Assembly (NCBI RefSeq): GCF_044704955.1
Contig: NC_091977.1
Coordinates: 542,376,001-542,440,000, forward strand
DNA from: Pristiophorus japonicus
Lineage: Eukaryota
Reading direction: 5' to 3'
DNA length: 64,000 nt
The translations under genes were made by a program, and so were the position numbers. The notes below the pieces were generated by a model. It did not search any database. It saw nothing but the letters and a program-made list of their open reading frames with translations, and was not told the DNA's origin. Positions 1 to 13,487 of this stretch are shown here, one piece after another. Within the stretch, counting starts at the first letter, position 1. Every line of letters begins with the position of its first letter.

Positions 1-3000
1 TTTTGCGGCAGATTTGTCCATTGGTAAGTTTAACTGCCAAAACCCTATTCCCCTCTTTGGCAATCACAGTGCCTGCAAGCCATTTGGGCCCTGCAGCGTA
101 ATTAAAGACAGAAACAGGGTCATTGACATGAATACATCGCGCCCTCGCATTCTTGTCATGGTAATCACTTTGTGACTGGCGCCTGCTCTCAACAATTTCT
201 TTCATAGTTGGGTGTATAAGGGATAACCTGGTTTTGAGCGTCCTTTTCATTAGTGGAACCCCTGTGAGTGAATGTGATCGGGATCTATAGGCCAACAGGA
301 GGCGTGATAAATGGCTTTGTATGGAACCCCCTTGGATTCTGAGCATCCCCTGTTTGATTATCTGCACTGCTCGTTCTGCCTGGCCGTTTGAGGCCGGCTT
401 GAACGGTGCCGTTCTAACATGGTTGATTCCATTGCCTGCCAGGATATCCTGGAATTCAGTGCTTGTGAAGCACGGGCCATTGTCGCTGACCAAGACATCC
501 AGTAGACCGTGGGCGGCGAACATTGTCTGTAGACTTTCTACCGTGGCAGAGGATGTGCTTGAATTTAAAATATCACACTCGATCCATTTGGAGTAGGCGT
601 CTACTACAACCAAAAACATTTTTCCCATGAAAGGACCTGCGTAGTCCACATGGATGCGTGACCATGGCTTGGCGGGCCAGGACCAGGGGCTAAGGGGGGC
701 TTCCCTGGGCGCATTGCCCAGCTGGGCACACGTGTTGCACCTGCGAACACAAAGTTCCAGGTCTGCATCTATCCCTGGCCACCAAACATGTGACCTGGCA
801 ATTGCCTTCATAATGACTATGCCCGGGTGCTCATTGTGAAGTTCTCTGATAAACACCTCTCTGCCCCCCTGGGGCATGACTACTCGGTTTCCCCACAGTA
901 GGCAATCGGCCTGAATCGAGAGTTCATCCTTGCGCCTATGAAATGGTTTAAATTTCTCAGGGCATGCCCTGTACGTGGCTGCCCAGTCCCCATTCAGGAC
1001 ACATTTCTTAACTAAAGACAATAGCGGGTCTTTATTTGTCCAGACTTTAATCTGACGGGCTGTCACAGGTGAGCCTTCGCTTTTGAAAGTTTCAACAGCC
1101 ATGACCATCTCAGCATCATACTCAGTTGCCCCCTCAGTGGTGGCTAGTGGGAGCCTGCTGAGTGCATCGACGCAGTTTTCAGTGCCCGGTCTGTGCCGAA
1201 TTGTGTAGTCATAGGCGGCTAACGTGAGTGCCCACCTCTGTATGCGGGCCGAGGCATTTGCATTTATGGCCTTGTTGTCGGCCAAAAGGGACGTTAGGGG
1301 TTTGTGATCTGTCTCCAGCTCAAATTTCCTGCCAAACAGGGACTGGTGCATTTTCTTTACCGCATATACACATGTGAGCACCTCCTTTTCTACCATCCCG
1401 TAGCCCCTTTCTGCTTGGGACAGACTTCTGGAGGCATAAGCTACCGGCTGTAACTGACCCTTGACATTGACATGCTGCAACACACACCCGACACCATAGG
1501 ACGACGCATCGTACGTTAGAACAAGTTTCTTACATGGGTCATATCATGTTAACAGTTTGTTGGAACATGACAAATTGCGTGCTCTATTAAAAGCCCTTTC
1601 CTGGCTGTCCCCCCAGACCCAATCACGACCTTTGCGTAGGAGCACGTGTAGCGGCTCTAACAGCGTGTTTAATTTGGGAAGAAAGTTACCAAAATAGTTC
1701 AGGAGCCCCAGGAATGAACGCAGCTCCGTCGAGTTACGGGGTCTGGGTGCTCTCTGGATCGCTTCCGTCTTGGATGCAGTAGGGCTGATCCCGTCTGCTG
1801 CTACCCTCATCCCCAGGAATTCTACCTCTGGAGCTAGGAAGACGCACTTCGCCTTTTTCAGTCGCAGACCTACCCGGTCCAGTCTGCGTAGCACCTCCTC
1901 CAGGTTGTGGAGGTGTTCTTCAGTATCGCGACCCGTGATGAGGATATCGTCCTGAAAAACCACCGTCCCTGGAATCGACTTGAGGAGGCTTTCCATATTT
2001 CGCTGGAAGATCGCGGCGGCCGAGCGAATCCCGAATGGACATCTGTTGTACTCAAACAACCCCTTGTGTGTCGTGATGGTGGTCAGCTTCTTCGACTCAC
2101 TCGCCAGCTCCTGGGTCATGTAAGCTGAGGTCAGGTCCAATTTTGAAAAAAGTTTGCCACCGGATAGCATCGCAAAGAGGTCCTCCGCTCTCGGTAGCGG
2201 GTACTGGTCTTGGAGTGACACCCGATTGATGGTGGCCTTGTAATCACCACATATCCTGACCGACCCATCCTCCTTGAGCACCGGCACAATTGGGCTCGCC
2301 CAGTCACTGAATTCGACTGGCGAGATGATGCCTTCCCTCAGCAGGCGGTCCAGTTCGCATTCTATCTTTTCCCACATCACGTACGGCACCGCTCTGGCCT
2401 TGTGGTGTGTACTGGCCTGGCGTCCGGGTTTATGTGAATCACTACCTTGGCCCCCATGAAAGTGCCAATGCCGGGTTGAAATAATGAGTCAAATTTGTCC
2501 AGGACCTGTGAGCATGTTCCTCGCTCCACAGAGGAAATTGCATTGACATCGCCCCATTTCCAGTTCATGACAGCAAGCCAACTCCTCCCCAGTAGTGCGG
2601 GACCGTCCACCGGGACAACCCAGAGTGGCAACCTGTTCTCCGAATCTTTGTGGGTCACGACTACCATGGCGCTGCCTAGCACCGGAATGATCTGCTTTGT
2701 ATATGTCCGTAGCAGTGCGTCAATTGGCAATAATTTGGGCCTTCTGGCCTTGGACACCCACAACCTTTCGAACTGTTTGATACTCATCAGGGACTGGCTG
2801 GCCCCCATGTCTAGCTCCATTAATACTGGGATGCCATTGAGGAGCACTTTCATCATTATCGGTGGCGTCCTGGTATATGAACTGTATACGTGCTCCACAT
2901 GAACTCGCTGAACTTCAGCTTCCAGCGATTTCCCCAGTATTCATTTGGCCTCGTAGGGCTTACATCGGGCCCGTCCTCCTCGTACATCAACCTGGCTGCA

Positions 3001-4040
3001 GGCTTCCTGCACATACGCGCCAAGTGACCGCTGACATTGCAGTTTCTGCAGGTATATTGCTGATACCTGCAAGCACTGGCTGGGTGTTTGCGTCCACACC
3101 TCCAGCATGAGCTGGAGCCCCGTTGTTGGAAACAAAAGGTCCATTACCAGTCGATTGTCTCTGACTGTCTCTGTAACTGTCCTTAAGCGCACCATTAACA
3201 GGTGTTGATGGCCCCATTACTGGCCGCATTGTCCATTGTGATGGCATGAATCGCTGTTCATCTAGCCATTGTCTCTGTTGAATTGCCCCTTTGCATTCGA
3301 CTGCATGCTGGGGCATGTCCGATTGCCCTTGTCTGCCAGAGAACTGTGTGCCGTGTTAACAATATTGACTCCCTGGACGTTTGCCGCATTTGAGCCAAGA
3401 TTTTTGTCATCATTCTGGTCTCTTCCTCCCCTGAGATAAATATCTGGGCTATCATAGCCGACGCTTCCAAGGGCAAGTCTTTGGTCTCAATCAGTTTCCT
3501 GAAGACCCCAGCGTGCCCGATGCTCTTAATAAAAAAGTCTCGCAGCATCTCCGCTCTACATGCATCTGGGAACTTACATAGGCTCGCCAGTCCCCGGAAG
3601 TCTGCCACGAAGTCTGGAACGCTTTGCCCTTCTCACCGCCGGTGCGTGTAAAACCGGTGTCTCGCCATGTGCATGCTGCTCACCGGTTTAAGGTGTTCCC
3701 CGATCAACTTACTGAGCTCTTCGAACATCTTGTCCATCGGCTTCTCTGGCGCTAGAAGGTCCTTCATCAGAGAGTACGTTCTGGATCCACAAACCGTCAG
3801 GAGATGAGCCCTGTGTTTGTCGGCTGCATCCTGTCCCAGCCATTCCTTAGTGACAAAACTTTGCTGTAGTCTCTCAATAAAGTCGTCCCAATCATCACCA
3901 ACACAGTACCTCTCTTCTGTGCTGCTAGTGGCCATGCTCGCGTGGTTTAAATACCAGTTTCTCGTTGCCAATAATGTGTCCTTACTATACAGTATAAATG
4001 CACACAAGGCCCATACTTGAGAGAAGGTCACTCTGTGACC
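1..4040 (-). mobile_element. Gypsy/Ty3 LTR retrotransposon (Mag-like), degenerate gag-pro-RT-RH-IN, runs off the left edge
   Basis: ORF fragments: gag MATSSTEERY..(3258-3935), protease MELDMGAS (2377-2898), RT with VFQDDILI (1544-2389), RNase H and integrase remnants (1-1540). PBS-like TGGCAACGAG at about 3961-3970. Frameshifted. Confidence 0.93.
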
Positions 4041-4150
4041 ATAGAAACATAGAAACATAGAAAATAGGTGCAGGAGTAGGCCATTCGACCCTTCGAGCCT
4101 GCACCACCATTCAATAAGATCATGGCTGATCATTCCCTCAGTACCCCTTT
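4041..4150 (-). mobile_element. CR1 LINE 3' end fragment
   Basis: (ACATAGAA)n tail plus the 3'UTR shared with the full-length CR1 at 58.9-63.4 kb. Confidence 0.85.
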
Positions 4151-4152
4151 TA

Positions 4153-4400
4153 TAGCCTGTTATACTGGGCCCTGAACATCCATGCAGGTAACCCTCAGGT
4201 CTCCCACCATAGTGCCCTCTGGTGGACAACTCCAGCCACAGGGACAGGAAATCCAAGTCTCCACCAGTTGCACCCTCTAGTGGTGCCAGCATAGTATATA
4301 CACAGTGTAAACCTCATTGATAGAACATCAGGTAACAAGTTTCCATCTTGTGCAACTATACAGTGACTACACACAGTATATATAGTCTACATATATAACA
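4153..4400 (-). mobile_element. Partial LTR, paralog of the solo LTR in actin intron 2
   Basis: Reverse complement of 34069-34310 and 53300-53535, with the same CTATG flank. Confidence 0.8.
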
Positions 4401-4609
4401 CATAGAATGATATGGCACAGAAGGAGGCCACTTGGCCCATCATGCCTGTGCTGCCTCTTTGAGTCATTCCATTAATCCCCCTCACCCTGCTCTTTCCCTG
4501 GAAACTTTCACATTGTCATCCCCATCAAGTATTTAGCCAATTCCCCTTTGAAAGTTATTATTGAATCTGCTTCCAAAGCCCTTTCAGTTAGATCGTTCCT
4601 GATCACCAA

Positions 4610-5116
4610 TCTTGCTTTGGAGGCAGTTAAGAGAAGGTTCACTCGGTTGATTCCGGGGATGAAGGGGTTGACTTATGAGGAAAGGTTGAGTAGGTTGGGC
4701 CTCTACTCATTGGAATTCAGAAGAATGAGAGGTGATCTTATCGAAACGTATAAGATTATGAGGGGGTTTGACAAGGTGGATGCAGAGAGGATGTTTCCAC
4801 TGATGGGGGAGACTAGAACTAGGGGGTATGATCTTAGAATAAGGGGCTGCCCATTTAAAACTGAAATGAGGAGAAATTTCTTCTCTCAGAGGGTTGTAAA
4901 TCTGTGGAATTTGCTGCCTCAGAGAGCTGTGGAAGCCGGGTCATTGAATATATTTAAGACAGAAATAAACAGTTTCTTAACCAATAAGGGGATAAGGGGT
5001 CGTGGGGAGCGGGCGGGGAAGTGGAGCTGAGTCCATGATCGGATCAGCCATGATCATATTAAATGGTGGAGCAGGCTCGAGGGGCCGAATGGCCTACTCC
5101 TGCTCCTATTTCTAAT
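4610..5116 (+). mobile_element. CR1 LINE 3' fragment
   Basis: ORF2 C-terminus LEAVKRRFTRLIPGMKGLTYEERL...RRMRGDLIE plus 3'UTR. Confidence 0.92.
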
Positions 5117-5152
5117 TTTCTCTCTCACACTCTCTCTGGCTCATTATCTCTT

Positions 5153-5184
<32 letters not shown>

Positions 5185-5425
5185 CCTCACTCTCTCTCAC
5201 ACTCTCTCTCTATCTCACTTACACTCACTCTCACCCTGTCTCACTTTCTTTCTCTCACACACTCTCTCTCACACATTCTCTCTCTCTCACTCTCTCTCTC
5301 TCTCTCTCATACATACTCTCACTCTCTCCCTCTCACACACTCTCTCTCTCATACACATTCTCTCTCTCATACACTCTCTCGCTCTCACTCTCTCTCTCTC
5401 TCTCTCTCATTCATTCTCTCTCACA
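5117..5425. repeat. (TC/AC)n low-complexity microsatellite
   Basis: Direct inspection. Confidence 0.95.
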
Positions 5426-6752
5426 CATCATCATCATCATAGACAGTCCCTCGGAATCGAGGAAGACTTGCTTCCACTCCTGAAGTGAGTCCTTAGGTGG
5501 CTGAACAGTCCAATACGAGAGCCACAGTCTCTGTCACAGGTGGGACAGACAGTGGTTGGAGGAAAGGGTGGGTGGGGAGTCTGGTTTGCCGCACGCTTCT
5601 TCCGCTGCCTGCGCTTGGTTTCTGCATGCTCTCGGCGACGAGACTCGAGGTGCTCAGCGCCCTCCCGGATGCACTTCCTCTACTTAGGGCGGTCTTTGGC
5701 CAGGGACTCCCAGGTGTCAGTGGGGATGTTGCACTTTATCAGGGAGGCTTTGAGGGTGTCCTTGTAACGTTTTCTCTGCCCACCTTTGGCTCGTTTGCCG
5801 TGAAGGAGTTCCGAGTAGAGCGCTTGCTTTGGAAGTCTCGTGTCTGGCATGTGGACAATGTGGCCCTGCCCAGCGGAGCTGGTCGAGTGTGGTCAGTGCT
5901 TCAATGCTGGGGATGTTGGCCTGATCGAGGACGCTAACATTGGTGCGTCTGTCCTCCCAGGGGATTTGCAGGATCTTGCGGAGACATCGTTGGTGGTATT
6001 TCTCCAGTGACTTGAGGTGTCTGCTATACATGGTCCATGTCTCTGAGCTATACAGGAGGGCGGGTATCACTACAGCCCTGTAGACCATGTGCGAGACCAT
6101 GTCAACCGCGAGGATCTATGGAGCGTCCTCCTCCGTTTCGGATGCCCCCAAAAGTTTGTCACCATCCTCCGCCTGCTCCACGATGACATGCAGGTTGTGA
6201 TCCTTACCAACGGATCCATCACAGACCCAATCCATGTCCGGACCAGGGTCAAACAGTACTGCGTCATCGCCCCAACCCTCTTCTCAATCTTCCTCACAGC
6301 CATGCTCCACCTCACAGTCAACAAGCTCCCCGCTGGAGTGGAACTAAACTACAGAACCAGTGGGAACCTGTTCAACCTGCGCTGTCTCCAGGCCAGTCCC
6401 AGACCACCCCAACCTCTGTCGCCGAGCTACAGTACGCGGACAACGCCTGCGTCTGAGCACATACAGAGGCTGAACTCCAGGACATAGTCAATGTGTTTAC
6501 CGAGGCGTACGAAAGCTCGGGCCTTACACTAAACATCCGTAAGACAAAGGTCCTCCACTAGCCTGTCCTCGCACAGCATACCCCCCAGTCACCAAGATCC
6601 ATGGCGCGGCCCTGGACAACGTGGACCATTTCCCATACCTCGGGAGCCTCTTATCAACAAGAGCAGACATTGATGATTAGATTCAACACTGCCTCCAGTG
6701 CAGCCTTCGATTGCCTGAGGGAAAGAGTGTTCAACGACCAGGCCCTCAAATC
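5426..6752. mobile_element. RTE (BovB-like) LINE, 5'-truncated with 5' inversion
   Basis: The 3' part with (ATG)n tail is on the minus strand (5426-6088; VYRAVVIPALLYSSETW..QLRWAGH). The RT core is on the plus strand (6089-6752; VNREDLWSVL..VKQYCVIAPTLF). Confidence 0.88.
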
Positions 6753-7226
6753 TCTCTCACATTCTCTCTCTCTCACACACACACTCTCACTTTCACACTC
6801 TCACTTTCACACTCTCACTCTCACACTCTCACTCTCTCTCATACTATCTCTCTCACACTCTCTCTCACACACACTATCACATTCTCACTCTCTCTCATGC
6901 ACTCTTTCACTCTCTCCCTCTCACTCTCTCTCCCTCTCACACACTCACTCTCTCTCACAAACTCGCTCTCTCACACACTATCACATTCTCACTCTCTCTC
7001 ATGCACTCTTTCACTCTCTCCCTCTCACTCTCTCTCCCTCTCACACACTCACTCTCTCTCACAAACTCGCTCTCTCACACATTATCACATTCTCACTCTC
7101 TCTTTCACTCTCTCCCTCTCACACTCTCTCTCCCTTTCACACTCTCTTTCTCGCTTTCTCACACACTCTCTCACACTGTTACTCACTCACTCTCTCACTC
7201 CCTCACACAATCTCTCTCTCTCACAC
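6753..7226. repeat. (TC/AC)n low-complexity microsatellite with an internal duplication
   Basis: Direct inspection. Confidence 0.95.
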
Positions 7227-7844
7227 TGGGGGAGTGGGAGGGGAGAGGAGGGGGCTGTTCTGGGAGATGGGGAAGGGGGAGAGGAGGCTGAGGGGGATCT
7301 GGGTGACGGGTCTGTTCTGGTGGAGGGGAGGAGGCTGTTCTGGGGGAGGGGGAGGGGGAAGTGGAGGGGGGCCTGGGGGAGGGGCCAGTTCTGGGGGAGG
7401 GGGCCTGTTGAGGGTGAGGGGCAGATCCATGTGGAACTATTGACTCCAAGATAACTTCCAGCTTTGTGACAATGGGCCCGGGTTTGGAGGAAGCTAAGTT
7501 GGGCCCAAGCACGGTCCGAAGGATCACCGCGATCCTGACGGTACTTTGGGCGGAAGCTTCATGAACAAATGCGGGAAAGAGCGCCCGGCGGCAAAAATGG
7601 GCCTAGCATGGCGATTCTGGGCGGCAGCGGGCGGGAGCTCCCAATCTCGCCGGCAAATGCGATCTTCGGCAAAGTAGCACCGGGGATTGAGTCGGGCCCA
7701 GGGAGGGAGGGAACGGGGAAAATTAAACGTTTTCGAACCATTAAAAAAACACCAGAAATCCTTCACAGGATCCCATCCACCTGACCCCTGCAAAGGGAAT
7801 AAAGATAACGAGTCAACTAAGCTGGTTTTGCAGGTTGCCCCCTT

Positions 7845-8680
7845 CGCATTGAGCACAGAACGGCCAACACACGGTGGGCCGTCTGAGGGGCAGTACTGAG
7901 GGAGCACTGCACTGTCGGAGGGGCAGTACTGAGGGAGCGCTGCACTGTCGGAGGGGCAGTACTGAGGGAGCACCGCACTGTCGGAGGGGCAGTACTGAGG
8001 GAGCAGCGCACTGTCGGAGGGGCAGTACTGAGGGAGTGCTGCACTGTCGGAGGGGCAGTACTGAGGGAGCACCGCACTGTCGGAGGGGCAGTACTGAGAG
8101 AGTGCCGCACTGTCGGGGGGGCAGTACTGAGGGAGCACCGCACTGTCGGAGGGGCAGTACTGAGGGAGCACCGCACTGTCGGAGAGGCAGTACTGAGGGA
8201 GTGCTGCACTGTCGGAGGGGCAGTACTGAGGGAGCACCGCACTGTCGGAGAGGCAGTACTGAGGGAGTGCTGCACTGTCGGAGGGGCAGTACTGAGGGAG
8301 CACCGCACTGTCGGAGGGGCGGTACTGAGGGAGTGCCGCACTATCGGAGGGGCAGTACTGAGGGAGTGCCGCACTATTGGAGGGGCAGTCTATCAGATGA
8401 GGCATTAAACCGAGGCTCTGATGGCTCTCTCAGGTGGACATAATAGATCCCACGACCAGTATTTTGAAGAAGAGCAGGGGAGTTCTCCCCGGTGTCCTGG
8501 GGCATCAGTTAAACAGATTATCTGGTCATTATCATATTGCTGTTTGTGGGAGCTTGCTGTGCGCAATTTGGCTGCTGCGTTTCCCACATTACAACAGAGA
8601 CTACACTTCTAAAGTACCTCATTGGCCGTAAGGAGCTTTGGGACTTCCTGAGGTGCTATATAAATGCAAGGCTTTCTTGT
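7845..8680 (+). mobile_element. Deu-domain SINE (SacSINE1/AmnSINE1-like) with internally expanded minisatellite
   Basis: Deu-domain motifs (GATGAG..TAAACCGAGG, AGATCCCA, CCCCGGTGTCCTGG) and L2-like tail GCTATATAAATGCAAG. Family recognised from memory. Confidence 0.75.
7885..8388 (+). repeat. 33-bp minisatellite, about 15 units
   Basis: Unit GGGGCAGTACTGAGGGAG(TG/CA)CCGCACTGTCGGA. Confidence 0.97.
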
Positions 8681-9526
8681 TTTAATAACCCTGTCCATCA
8701 AGCTAATTTGGCAATGACTGTGCTCTTGGAGGCTGGGTAAACTGGAAGGTGCCCCCCTCAGTAACAATCGTCAGTAATATCCTTTGTTGTGGGGCTGTGG
8801 GCAATGTTTCAGGTCTCACCCTACCCGAGTGGCCCTGTGTACAGCGAGAGACAACCGTGTGGAGTCGGACTGGAGTCAGGTGCAGTCCCAGAGTCGGCTG
8901 GAACCCGGCCCCTTGGAGAACAATATTCAAACCACTTGTTTTTTTTAAGACAATCAAAGAGTTTTCACCGCCGCTTAATCTGATTCCCAGAATTATTGAA
9001 TTGAATTTTCCAACCGGGCGTGGTGGGATTTGTATCGAGCAGCTCTGGACTTCGAGCCTGATACCATAACCGCTGGGCTGTTCTAACGGTTCCCTGGAAG
9101 GGCCATGGTGTCCCGTTTCCCCCCTATCCCTGCCCCCGCGCCAAACCTCTCACCGTGAGCGAACCCCTGCCCCTTCATTCGTTGCCCGAACTGCTGTCTC
9201 TGCACATTGACGTTCCTTCCATATAAGGTATGGAATGTGCAGTGTAGCTGCGGCTTACGCTGGGACAGGTTCCTGCCCCCGGGCTCTCTCCGTCTCGCAA
9301 TGCTTTCCCATCTCGCTGGCCCATGTTCAGGCCTGTTCCAGGGTCTCCAGCCTTTCAGTGTCTGCGGCAAATCTTTCAAACTCTCAGCTGACTTTTTAAC
9401 TAGTTTGGGATTTACAGCAAAGAAAACCCAGGCCATTCGGCCCAACACCAGGGAGCTTAAGCTCCACAAAAGTCACCTCCCACCCCTCTTTATCTCACCC
9501 CGTCGGTGTATCCTTCTATCCCTCTA

Positions 9527-9690
9527 GAACATAAGAAATAGGAGCAGGAGTAGGCCATACAGCCCCTCGAGCCTGCCCCGCCATTTAATACGATCATGGC
9601 TGATCCGATCATGGACTCAGCTCCACTTCCCCGCCCGTTCCCCATAACCCCTTATTCCCTTATCGGTTAAATTTATTCAATGTCCCAACT
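9527..9690 (-). mobile_element. CR1 3' end fragment
   Basis: AACATAAGAAATAGGAGCAGGAGTAGGCC terminal motif. Confidence 0.8.
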
Positions 9691-10228
9691 TCCACCATGT
9701 CTGGGCATGGAGCTGATCTGCCGGCCAAACCTACGACCCTCCAGCCCTGCTTCAAGATGTTCGCTGGTGGCGTGTGAGTGAGTAAAGGAATGAGAAAACT
9801 TCTGAAATCCAACAAATTTACACTGCTACGTTGACAGGTTAAAAGATAGTTGAACTTCATTATTGATTTTGACTCCCTTTAAAATCTTCGATTGAGAAAC
9901 AATGGCGTCCTACAGCGGCGATTTGTGAATGTGCGCTGGTTTCCTGAACTCACCAGAAGGTTTTTCAGGAGTGGCCAGATACGCCGACCTAGGAGGAAAA
10001 CATGTTGGCCAAACTGCCAACAATTGAAAAAATCGACGCAGACATGAGGGAACGATGGCATCAAAAATTCTGGCCTAGAAAAATCGTAACTAAGTCAGTT
10101 ACACCGGCACAGATCCCAAGGGGAAACTTGGAAATAATAAATATGTCAGAAAAAATGGCGCAAATGACCGGAGAAAATTGAGCCTCTATGTGTTTGTCCA
10201 GCTTCCCCTGAAATACATCGATACTATT

Positions 10229-13200
10229 TGTTGAGTCCTTAGATACTCTGATAATGACTCCATGAGGCAATGTGTTGTACTTAAACTGTAGTGACCTTAG
10301 CCCTTTATTGATAGCTCCAGAGTGAGGATCACACCTGGTGGCCTGCCTTTTATACTAGGCCAGGCACACCTGTACAGGTAACCCACGAGTCTCCCACTGC
10401 GGTGCCCCCTGGTGGCACACCTTGTGATAGTACCAAGAGTAACGTGTAGGATACATGACATCACTCCCCCCTGAGCCCTCAGTGCAAATCGCCTTTGCAT
10501 TGACTGTGCTCTGGGCTTAGCTCTATCTGGGCTCTGTCTGATTGACCCTTGGCAGGTCGTTTCAATCTCGGGTGAGTGGTTGGTGCAGTAGAGTGCTGGT
10601 GGTTGCTGTTTGTGTGTGTCCCTGACCTCTCCATTCTCTACCCACCCCACCCGACCAACATCAATTACGCCGGAGGCTCATATCGTTCATGTACATTCAA
10701 GTTCAGGAAAACAGGTTTGCATTACATTTGTGGTTCCGTTGTGAGACAAGTACGTTAGACCGGTGAGATGCCTTGTCGATACAGTGACCGGTGCGTGAGG
10801 ACAAACTAGTTCCAGAGCTGCTGGGTGGTGTCCCTGCCGTCTGGTAACGGCTCAGTGCCCGGTGTTGGCAGTGGGAACCCGGTTGGCTCGCGTAGCCCGC
10901 TCTCGGGGCTGTTGCCGTGGTCACTAGCATCGGGCTGGTTCACGGATGCCTGTGAACTCCCTGTCCTTACTTTGCGCCCTGAGTCACTGCTGCTCTCTGA
11001 GGATCTGTCGTCGAGCAGTGCACAGGGGACTGCTGACTCACTGCCCTGGGCATTGTTTGGTTTGGGATCCTGGCTGGTCCCGGAACCCTTCGTTTACGGG
11101 TATGACCTTGGTGGCGATGGGGTCCGGGGGCTGTGCCTTAGCATAGTCTGCTCTTTCAGGCTCCTGGCGGTTGGTGCCATCGGGTGCCTGAGAGGTGGAG
11201 CTGATCAGGGGCAGGGTATCGATACTGGTGGCATGGCCCTGCTGGGATCGCTTGCTCTGCGTGTGTATTGGCTGCTTGTGGCCACACTCCATGATGCATG
11301 ATTCTGGAACCCGGGACACAGGCTACAGCATTGGGTAGCTCGCTGGACCTGTGTGCTCCCGATGGGGGTCTGCCCGCTGCATTGGCTGCGTAAGTTTGAA
11401 AACCTACATCGCACAACTTTTCCTGACTTATGATGGACACACTCTGTGAGTCCGATCACGATCGCGTGACTTTTGCATGTGCACAATTCAGATCATCAAA
11501 TACACATTTTACATGATCAATTACACATTTTGTCTCTCACTTACAGTTGCTATTACATTGCTTAAGTGTGTGGCACTGTCCCTTTAAGTGAGGTGGGTTG
11601 CAGGTCTCCTTTAAGAGAGCCTTGCTATCTCTACCCCAATCCTCTTCTCCGTTTGGTTCCACGTGTTGCTCCATCAGCGCCTTGCCTCGTGGTCTGGGCG
11701 CCATCTTTCCTCCATCCACGATGTCGACTGCGGTGATCCTCTTCTCCCCGGGTTCTGCCACCGAAGCTGGGAAGTCGCCTTTGGATCCGATTTTCTTCCT
11801 CCGAAGTCCTGACACTGGAGCCTGGAAGGTGCATTTGGGTCGTCTCAGCTGGACCATCTCCACACAGTCGTGCTGGACGGTCTGTGCCTCGGGTGCTGTG
11901 CTGGTCTGCTCTCCGATGCCGGGTCCACCCTCGGGTGGGGGCTTGCTTTGCCTCTGAGTGCAGAGGACGTCAATCGCTGGAGGGATGAAGTCTTCCCACT
12001 TCCAATGGATCTTCTCCATCCACCTTCTGCCGAGCAGCGTTGGTCCATCGCCTGCAACAATCCACAGGGGTAACTTGTGCACCGCTCCATCATGGAGTAC
12101 CTTTACATTCACACTACCAACGACTGGGATAAGTTCATCGGTGTAGGTGCGCAGCTTTGCCTGAACTGGGACCAACTCTGGTCGTTCAGCCTGATTGTCC
12201 CATAGACTCTCAAAGGCTTCCTGATTCATCACTGACTGGCTCGCCCCCGTGTCCACTTCCATGAAGACTGGAACACCATTTATCTCAACTTCCATCCTCA
12301 ACGGGGAACACTCGGTGGTGCAGGTAAACATGCTGTGTACCTCATTGTGGGGCTGAGCTGCCTCTCTGACCACCTCTACATAATCCACACTGGACTCATG
12401 GCCATCTGCAGACTCTTCATCGACACGGTGTGTCATATTTCTCTTACACATTCCCTGGAGGTGGCCCTTTGTGCTGCAGCCTTTACACACATAGTCTTTA
12501 CAGTGGCACTGGTGAGCCCTGTGATTCCCTCCACAACACCAGCATGGAGCTACTCGATTAGCCCCCCTCGGCGGACTCTGAGTTAAGGGACACGGGGGCC
12601 TGTTCTCTCTTCCCTGAGAGTGTTCACGCTCGACAGTCCCGCCTCTATCGGCACCACTCTGTGCACAGTACCTGCCGGGTTTGAGTCCTGAGGATGAGAC
12701 ATCTGCCTAGAGCCACAGGTCGAGGTCATGAATGCCTGGCTCACGGAGATGGCCTTCTGCAGTGTGACTGTGATATCCACTGACAGTAGCTTGTGAAGAA
12801 GGCCCTCGTGGCCGATTCCAATGACAACAATGTCCCGCAGCCCTTCGTTGAGTTGATTGCCGAGCTCACACAGTGCCGTCAGCCTCCTGAGGTCTGCGGC
12901 GTATTTCGCGATTTCCTGGCCTTCGGGCTGTCGGTGGGTATAGAACCGGTGTCTGGCTGTGAGGATACTCTCCTTGGGCTTGAGTTGCTCCTGGACCAGG
13001 TTTATGAGCTCCTTGTACGTCTTGGTCGTTGTCTTCGCTGGTGCCAGCAAGTCCCTGACGAGATGTTGGGCCCACAACTGGTTAGCAAGATAGCTCTGCG
13101 CTTATCAGCCAATATGGCCAGGTCATCTCCTGCCAGGTCACATGCTGTGAAGAAATGGGTGAGCCTCTCCACACAGGCGTCCCAATCATCACCATTGGTG

Positions 13201-13487
13201 AACTGCTGCAATGTACCAAGGGTAGCCATTTTCGCGTGAAAGTGCGTAACCTCGTCGCCAGTTGTTGTGTCCTTAGTAATGACTCCACGAGGCAATGTGT
13301 TGTATTTGAACTGTAGTGACCTTAGTTCTTTATTTGTTAACTCCAGAGTGAGGATCACACCTGGTGGCCTGCCTTTTATTCGCGGCCAGGCACACCTGTA
13401 CAGGTAACCTACAAGTCTCCCACTGCAGTGCCCCCTGGTGACCCACCTTGTGATAGTACCAACAGTGCCCATGTAGGATACACGACA
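10229..13487 (-). mobile_element. Non-autonomous Gypsy element (LTR-PBS-gag-protease-PPT-LTR; no RT)
   Basis: LTRs at 13263-13487 and 10229-10460, PBS TGGCGACGAG, PPT AGGGGGGAGTGA, gag ORFs with double CCHC, protease EVDTGAS. Confidence 0.88.

Noticed and set aside
6601-7454. Ser/Leu/His/Thr-rich ORFs
   Set aside because: Translation of the (TC/AC)n microsatellite and a G-rich tract
7885-8388. 33-bp repeats as a CRISPR array
   Set aside because: The units are head-to-tail with no unique spacers, there are no cas genes, the context is eukaryotic and the unit derives from a SINE
9700-10190. CpG-rich segment ending GAAAATTGAGCCTC as a DNA-transposon end (also 7500-7790)
   Set aside because: No matching second terminus or TSD is visible, so it cannot be classified from the sequence alone
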